This document shows, in pieces, positions 44,290 to 49,299 of a stretch of DNA of 49,299 nt. The translations under genes were made by a program, and so were the position numbers. Source of the stretch: Anaerolineae bacterium (GTDB taxonomy: Bacteria > Chloroflexota > Anaerolineae > Aggregatilineales > Aggregatilineaceae). The notes under the pieces are model-generated. The model ran no database searches, was not told where the DNA came from, and saw only the letters and a program-made list of their open reading frames with translations. Every line of letters begins with the position of its first letter. Within the stretch, counting starts at the first letter, position 1. The stretch is from the NCBI GenBank assembly GCA_034433965.1, contig DAOTZZ010000053.1, positions 1 through 49,299 on the forward strand. Direction: 5' to 3'.

Positions 44290-44814
44290 ATCTTTGAGCA
44301 TGGCAAAGACTTCGATGTGGCTCCGGTTGACCAGGATCGCACCGCCTTTGAAGACAATGCTACGGCGGGCGGTGAGTGTCGCCTTGGCGTCGAAGATGGG
44401 AATGAACTGTTCGGGCGTGGTGCGTACGAAGTTGGGCACGTTCACCGATTTGTGCAGGCGGATCGCCCCCTCGACCTCGAAGCCAGACACCACCACGAAC
44501 ACTTCCCGGTCTACGTGATCCGGCCCCACGTAGCGCCCCTCGCGCAGTGGCAGACCGTCGCGCCACTGACTGAGCACCACCAGCCCCAGCGTGTCTTTGC
44601 GCACCTCGCCCTGCTCGAAGTTGCCGGTCAGCACGGCGGGGTCGAGCAGCGGCGAGATGAACATGCGCTCCAGGTGCAGAAAGAGCGCGTTGAGGTCGTT
44701 GAGCTGATCCAGGATGGGGGTGCCCTTCGCCTCCACCTCTCCGCTGATGCGGTAGGTGCGCGTCATGAATTCGCCCGCCACATAGCCCTGTCGGATGCTC
44801 GCCTGTCCTTGCAT
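44287..44814 (-). CDS. hypothetical protein (175 aa), no family recognised
   Basis: Clean ORF with normal amino-acid composition in an otherwise well-packed co-directional gene string. ATG 44814 is preceded by AAAGGGGTGG. No motif I can name. Confidence 0.6.
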   Translation of the reverse strand: MQGQASIRQGYVAGEFMTRTYRISGEVEAKGTPILDQLNDLNALFLHLERMFISPLLDPAVLTGNFEQGEVRKDTLGLVVLSQWRDGLPLREGRYVGPDHVDREVFVVVSGFEVEGAIRLHKSVNVPNFVRTTPEQFIPIFDAKATLTARRSIVFKGGAILVNRSHIEVFAMLKD

Positions 44815-44867
44815 CGTCCAGCCACCCCTTTCTTACCTGAAACACTCCCAAACCCTGCAGCCGACGC

Positions 44868-45983
44868 TCATCCCGCCGCCAACCGCGCGACGGCCTGCTG
44901 CACGGCCACGTCCAGCGTCGAGAGATCGGGCGTAGTGGGAATATCTGCGTCCCAGTCGTTGGCGCGGGTGATAGTCGCCTGGGCGCGCAGATCGTCCACC
45001 CACAGCTCGAAGTACCCCTGCTGCGCCTCCTGATATTGTTCTTCGGTGAGCGCCTGTACACGCCGGTCGAGCACCTCGATCAGATGCAGACCGTATTCAG
45101 TCTCCACCGGCCCGACGATGGTATTGAGATCGGCGGTGCGGGCAGCGTTGGCATAGGCTTCGGTCAGGTAGCTGAGCAGCACCCAGCCCAGGTCGCCTCC
45201 TCTGGCTGCGCTGTTGCGGTCGTCGGAGAGCGCGGCGGCCACGTCGGCGAACGGTTCGCCCGTCGCCAGGCGCGCCTGCGCGGAGCGAATACATTGCCGG
45301 GCCGCTTCGCGTTCGTCTTCGGTAGGAGGAGCGGTGTTGTCTGGCTGACCGGGGTGAAAGCTGCACAGGATATGGCGTGAGCGCACCGCCGGTTCTTCGG
45401 CGGGCACGCTGGCAGCCACAAAGTCATACAGACGGGCGCGCAACGCTTCGGTGGCGAAGAGGGTCAGGATGTCGTCGCGCCCCAGCCCCGACGCGGCCTG
45501 TGCTCCGGCATACCAGTCGCTGATGAACGCCTGCGCTTCGGCGTTGCCGGGCAGCTCGCTGACGGGCACGTTCGTCCACAGGCTGAAGAAAGCTGCCTCG
45601 CGCGCGGCGGCGTCCTCGGCAGTAGGCGTCAGTCCCTGTGCCTCGCCTGCCTGCCACAACAGGCGCTCGGTCTCCATCTCGGAGAGCACGGCGTCGGCCA
45701 GCGCCCGCGGATCGCTGAGACTGGCGGCGAGCCGACCGGCGTGTGTGGCTACCAGCGCCAGATTGCCGCCGGTCAGTTCGTAGAGCGTGCTCAGTTCCTT
45801 GAGGTACTGCCAGCGCACCAGTTGTACGCGGGCGTGGAACTCGGCGCGGGAAATGGGATCGCCGTTGACGGTGCTGACGATCTCCCCCTCCTGGGCCAGG
45901 ACAGGCACCGTCAGCGTCAGGGCCAGCGCGGCCATCAGCAGCGCCCATAGCGCGCGTCGGGGGAACTGAGACACTCGTCGCAT
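44868..45983 (-). CDS. secreted peptidyl-prolyl cis-trans isomerase (parvulin/PpiC-type, SurA/PrsA-like)
   Basis: Signal peptide MRRVSQFPRRALWALLMAALALTLTVPVLA. Rotamase domain: VRSRHIL...GGDLGWV...GPVETEYGLHLIEVLDRR. Confidence 0.85.
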   Translation of the reverse strand: MRRVSQFPRRALWALLMAALALTLTVPVLAQEGEIVSTVNGDPISRAEFHARVQLVRWQYLKELSTLYELTGGNLALVATHAGRLAASLSDPRALADAVLSEMETERLLWQAGEAQGLTPTAEDAAAREAAFFSLWTNVPVSELPGNAEAQAFISDWYAGAQAASGLGRDDILTLFATEALRARLYDFVAASVPAEEPAVRSRHILCSFHPGQPDNTAPPTEDEREAARQCIRSAQARLATGEPFADVAAALSDDRNSAARGGDLGWVLLSYLTEAYANAARTADLNTIVGPVETEYGLHLIEVLDRRVQALTEEQYQEAQQGYFELWVDDLRAQATITRANDWDADIPTTPDLSTLDVAVQQAVARLAAG

Positions 45984-46194
45984 GGCGTACCTTTCGCCTT
46001 CGTCGCAGACACCGCGCCCCTATGATAGCGGATTCCGGCCTTCGGCGACAATCGCCCGTTGGGGCTAGCGCTTGAACCGCTGAGGGGCGGAGGGTGCGGA
46101 GGAGAACGCAGAAGGGCGTTGGTCTTGCTCCGTGTGCCCTCGGCGTCTTCGCGGTGAAGCCTGCCGCGACGGTGTTGTCTTCAGACGTGAAAGC

Positions 46195-46227
46195 GCGCGA
46201 CCGGACGGCTGAGCTATCCGGTCGCGC
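46195..46227 (-). terminator. candidate terminator hairpin downstream of the sigma-factor gene
   Basis: GCGCGACCGGA-11 nt-TCCGGTCGCGC forms an 11-bp perfect stem. On the minus strand it is followed by GCTTTCACG, a weak U-tract. It lies about 50 nt past the stop. Confidence 0.4.
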
Positions 46228-46276
46228 TACACCATGAGGGGGATCACAGTGCGAAGCTGTCTGAAGCGAGACGGGC

Positions 46277-47350
46277 CTATTCCAGATAGTCGGCCAGGCC
46301 GTACTCCTGCTGCATCTGCCGCAGTTTGCTGAGCGCCGCGTGCTGCAGTTGACGGATCCGCTCACGGCTATAGCCCATCAGTTGCCCGATCTGCGACATG
46401 CTGTGCGCATCGCCGTTTTCCAGACCGAAGCGCAGGCGGATGATGCGCGCCTCGCGCGGGGGCAGCGCACCCAGCAGGAAGCTGATCGACTCTACCAGCA
46501 GTTGCCGGGCAGTTGCTTCCTCCGGCAACTCGCTCTCCTGGTCGGCGACCAGATCGGCGCGGGGGCGATTTTCTTCGTCGCCCACCAGCTCGTCGAGCTG
46601 CACCGGTTCGCGGGCGGCCAGCAAGGTGGTCTCCACCTGTTCGGGGGTCAGGCTGGCTTCTTCGGCCAGTTCTTCGGTGGTCGGTTCACGGCCCAGTTCC
46701 TGGGCCAGGCGTTCGCTCATGCGACGCAGCCGTCCCCAGCGCTGCCCCTGGTTGATGGGCAGGCGGATGGTGCGTCCGCGGTCGCCCGCTGCCCGCGCGA
46801 TGGATTGCCGAATCCACCACGTGGCGTAGGTGCTCAGGCGCACCCCCCGCGACGGATCGAAGCGATCCACGGCCTTCATCAGGCCCAGGTTACCCTCCTG
46901 GATCAGGTCGGGCAGGGGCAGGCCGCGCCCCTGATACTTCTTGGCAATGGAGATCACCAAACGAGTATTGGCCAGGATCAACTCCTGGCGGGCCGCCTCG
47001 GCCAGAGCGATCACGTCGCAATACTCGTCGTCAACCTCGTCGCAGTCCAGGTCCTGACGGGCCAGTTGTTCCTGGGCGCGCAGTCCGGCCTGCACCAGGC
47101 GGGCCAGGGCCTGCTCGCGTTCGGGATCAATAGGTTCGGAGATGGGGCGGATGTCGCGAAAGTAGAATTGCAGCAAGTCGGCGTCGGTCTGCGGCATATA
47201 GGCTATATCAGGCGACGAGGCCGGTTCCTCAGCCGCCGTCTCGCCCTCCAAAGCAAACTCCACATCGCTGTCGAATGGCTCGAATTCCGAGGCCCATTCC
47301 AGCGTCGAGTCTGCGACAAAGTTGTGCTGGGGTTTGGTTATGGCGACCAC
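46277..47350 (-). CDS. RNA polymerase sigma-70 family factor (RpoD-like, group 1/2 architecture)
   Basis: Region 2: [32 protein letters not shown]. Region 3 is present. Region 4.2: [31 protein letters not shown] start at 47350. Confidence 0.88.
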   Translation of the reverse strand: MVAITKPQHNFVADSTLEWASEFEPFDSDVEFALEGETAAEEPASSPDIAYMPQTDADLLQFYFRDIRPISEPIDPEREQALARLVQAGLRAQEQLARQDLDCDEVDDEYCDVIALAEAARQELILANTRLVISIAKKYQGRGLPLPDLIQEGNLGLMKAVDRFDPSRGVRLSTYATWWIRQSIARAAGDRGRTIRLPINQGQRWGRLRRMSERLAQELGREPTTEELAEEASLTPEQVETTLLAAREPVQLDELVGDEENRPRADLVADQESELPEEATARQLLVESISFLLGALPPREARIIRLRFGLENGDAHSMSQIGQLMGYSRERIRQLQHAALSKLRQMQQEYGLADYLE

Positions 47351-47438
47351 TTGAGCCTACCTTCTTTGTGATACCAGCGGGAAGTGTCCCGCCCAGCCAG
47401 CGGTCCGAGAGATGCGGTACCGAAGTATTTCGCCCTTC

Positions 47439-47467
47439 ATGATACGATTTTTTCAGATAAAAATCAA
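47439..47467 (-). promoter_or_regulatory. candidate promoter of the sigma-factor gene (TTGATT-17-TATCAT)
   Basis: On the minus strand the -35 lies at 47467-47462 and the -10 at 47444-47439, with exact 17-nt spacing. Both sit in a conspicuously AT-rich 60-nt patch. Confidence 0.45.
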
Positions 47468-47653
47468 TTTATTTTGATTAGAATTAGATAAATGTTGACA
47501 ACGAGGGCACAAGGTGGCTGAAACAAGAAGGCTATGCTCATCCTTTAGATGCACGGACGGGGCGTCGGACTCACATAAAAGGGACAAATTCGCGGCGAAC
47601 AACTTTTACGATATAACACGTCGCTGAGAAGATGCTGGGTATTTGCTGAAAGG

Positions 47654-48310
47654 ATGATGAGTGTGCACCTGACCATACCCTATCTCATGGCTCCCGGTCA
47701 AACACCCATCACGCCGCGCTTGCACCCCCGCGTGCTGGTGGGGTTTGGCGCGGCAGGCGGCGTGCTGATGGTGATCGGGGGCATCGTCTGGGCGCTGCTG
47801 GCCGGACAAGACCTGCCCGCGGCCTGGTTCCCGCGCAATAGCTGGCTGCACGACGTGTTGCTGGGCGTGCTCGTGGGCGAGGTCTTCGCCTTCCTGGCCT
47901 GGCGTGTCTTTCAGAAAGTGCCATCGCTGCGCCGCGTCGAGCGTATGTTGACGTCGGTGCTGGATATGCGCGCGCTGCGCTTTCATCACGCGCTGCTCCT
48001 TGGCCTGCTGGCGGGCATTCCGGAGGAAATCCTGTTTCGCGGAGCCATGCAACCGTCCTGGGGACTGCTGCTCGCCTCGGTGATCTTCGGGGCGCTGCAC
48101 GCCATCTCGTTCGCCTACTTCCTCTACGCGACCTGTGCCGGCCTGTTGCTGGGTGCGCTGGCCCTGTGGCGCGACGGCCTGTGGGCGCCCATCGCCGCGC
48201 ACACGGTCATTGATGTGCTCATGTTCCTGCTGCTGCTGCGCAACTGGCAGGAGCAACAGCAGCGCGCAGCCCGCGCCATCGCCGATGTCCAGGATTCGCA
48301 GGATTCATGA
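47654..48310 (+). CDS. CPBP-family intramembrane glutamic endopeptidase (CAAX protease/Abi)
   Basis: Motifs PEEILFRG, FGALH and a distal H in HTVIDVLMF, within a polytopic membrane protein. The exact start is uncertain. Confidence 0.8.
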   Translation: MMSVHLTIPYLMAPGQTPITPRLHPRVLVGFGAAGGVLMVIGGIVWALLAGQDLPAAWFPRNSWLHDVLLGVLVGEVFAFLAWRVFQKVPSLRRVERMLTSVLDMRALRFHHALLLGLLAGIPEEILFRGAMQPSWGLLLASVIFGALHAISFAYFLYATCAGLLLGALALWRDGLWAPIAAHTVIDVLMFLLLLRNWQEQQQRAARAIADVQDSQDS

Positions 48311-48325
48311 GAGGAGATGCGGGCG

Positions 48326-49105
48326 ATGTGGATTGATGCTCACGCTCACCTGGATCATTACGGCGACGCGCTGCCTGCCGCGCTGGACGAGATCACCCGG
48401 CAGCGCATTGTGACGTTCAGTGTGAGTGTGGACGTGGACTCCTACCGGCAGGCGCAGGCCATCGCCGGACGCAACCCCTACGTGCTGGCGTCGTTTGGCA
48501 TTCACCCCTGGGAAGCACCCCGCTTCGCCGATAATCTGCCAACCCTCGACGGGCTGATTGCCGGGAGTCCAATGCTGGGCGAAATCGGCCTGGACACATA
48601 CTGGGTAGAAGACCCGGCGACGTATCCGGCTCAGCGGCGCGTCTTCGAATACTTCCTGGCCGCGGCCCGCGAGCAGGGCAAGATCGTCAACCTGCACACC
48701 AAAGGGGCCGAGCAGGAAGTGCTCGACCTGCTGCGCCGCTACGACATCCGGCGGGCCATCGTGCACTGGTATTCCGGTCCGCTGGACGTGCTGGACGGCT
48801 TGATCGCCTGGGGCGCGTATTTCACGGTGGGCGTCGAGGTGCTGCGCTCGGAAACCATCCGCATCATCGCCCGCCGTGTCCCGCCGGAACAACTGCTCAC
48901 CGAGACGGACAACCCCGGCGGCTGGGCATGGCTGATGGGCGAGCCAGGGATGCCGCGCCTGCTGATAGACGTGGTACGCGCGCTGGCCGAATTGCGCCGC
49001 ACCGACGAGGAGACGCTCGCCGCCCAGGTGCGCGCGAATCTGGCGCGGCTGGTCGGCGACGATCCCCGTCTGGCCTCCCTGCAAAATCTGCTCACGAGGC
49101 CGTGA
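48326..49105 (+). CDS. TatD-family metal-dependent hydrolase
   Basis: MWIDAHAHLD metal-binding start, plus the internal HTKGA and HWYSG motifs. ATG 48326 lies 9 nt after GAGGAG; the track start at 48317 is too close to the SD. Confidence 0.85.
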   Translation: MWIDAHAHLDHYGDALPAALDEITRQRIVTFSVSVDVDSYRQAQAIAGRNPYVLASFGIHPWEAPRFADNLPTLDGLIAGSPMLGEIGLDTYWVEDPATYPAQRRVFEYFLAAAREQGKIVNLHTKGAEQEVLDLLRRYDIRRAIVHWYSGPLDVLDGLIAWGAYFTVGVEVLRSETIRIIARRVPPEQLLTETDNPGGWAWLMGEPGMPRLLIDVVRALAELRRTDEETLAAQVRANLARLVGDDPRLASLQNLLTRP

Positions 49106-49163
49106 GCCAGAGACGAACGCGGCCCGCTTAGCGGCGGGCCACGTGCAGGCACCATGCCAGGGC

Positions 49164-49299
49164 TAGAGGCTGTTATGGACTTGTGCCCGGTGTTTTTCCC
49201 TCACCCCTGCGCCCCTCTCCCACGCGACTGCGTCGCGGGGCGAGGGGAACGGCCTGCGCTGTCACCCGCTGGCGCAGCAGAACAGCGCCGCTACGAGCG
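49164..49299 (+). repeat. repeat element copy C (plus-strand sense), truncated by the window end
   Basis: TAGAGGCTGTTATGGACTT...TTTTCCCTCACCCCTGCGCCCCTCTCCCACGCGACTGCGTCGCGGGGCGAGGGGAAC is collinear with the sense strands of copies A and B. It starts 58 nt downstream of the TatD stop. Confidence 0.7.

Overview
GC-rich bacterial chromosomal window, roughly two-thirds G+C by eye (not computed). Gene content and the intergenic repeat types suggest a filamentous Chloroflexota-like organism; that is inference only. I call about 40 protein genes, most on the minus strand. Left to right: a GntR regulator, a small-protein cluster and a single-domain receiver; a translationally coupled lysine 2,3-aminomutase/ATP-grasp ligase pair; a PAS-GAF histidine kinase with a NarL-type regulator. 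Next is a candidate gamma-glutamylation-type amine/amino-alcohol catabolic cluster: CUT1 ABC importer, SDR, glutamine-synthetase-like ligase, AOR-family aldehyde:ferredoxin oxidoreductase and a divergent class-I amidotransferase-like hydrolase. It is followed by a DeoR/AP-superfamily phosphodiesterase/MFS operon. Then a Rieske/cytochrome b operon carrying an 8-9-haem cytochrome c and an FmdE-like protein; a DUF4012 protein and a secreted SH3b/TolB-propeller protein; and a tRNA-Gly(UCC)/tRNA(CAU) pair. The tRNA(CAU) gene is interrupted by a 238-nt group I intron. After that come a caa3-type cytochrome oxidase operon, two MFS transporters, an orphan BMP-family binding protein and inositol-3-phosphate synthase. 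A three-gene module follows (uncharacterised 175-aa protein, receiver fused to a ParA/MinD-like domain with a degenerate P-loop, secreted Cache-like protein), then a parvulin PPIase, a sigma-70 factor, a CPBP protease and TatD. Intergenic DNA holds a modular family of GC-rich palindromic, MITE-like repeats. Several sit directly against the 3' ends of genes, and two of them supply the stop codon. I found no CRISPR array, rRNA, transposase, integrase or recognisable defence gene. The best-supported notable items are the tRNA group I intron, the MITE-like repeat family, the multihaem Rieske/cyt b operon, the AOR-containing gamma-glutamyl cluster and the kamA/ATP-grasp pair. All family assignments come from reading motifs by eye and need database confirmation.
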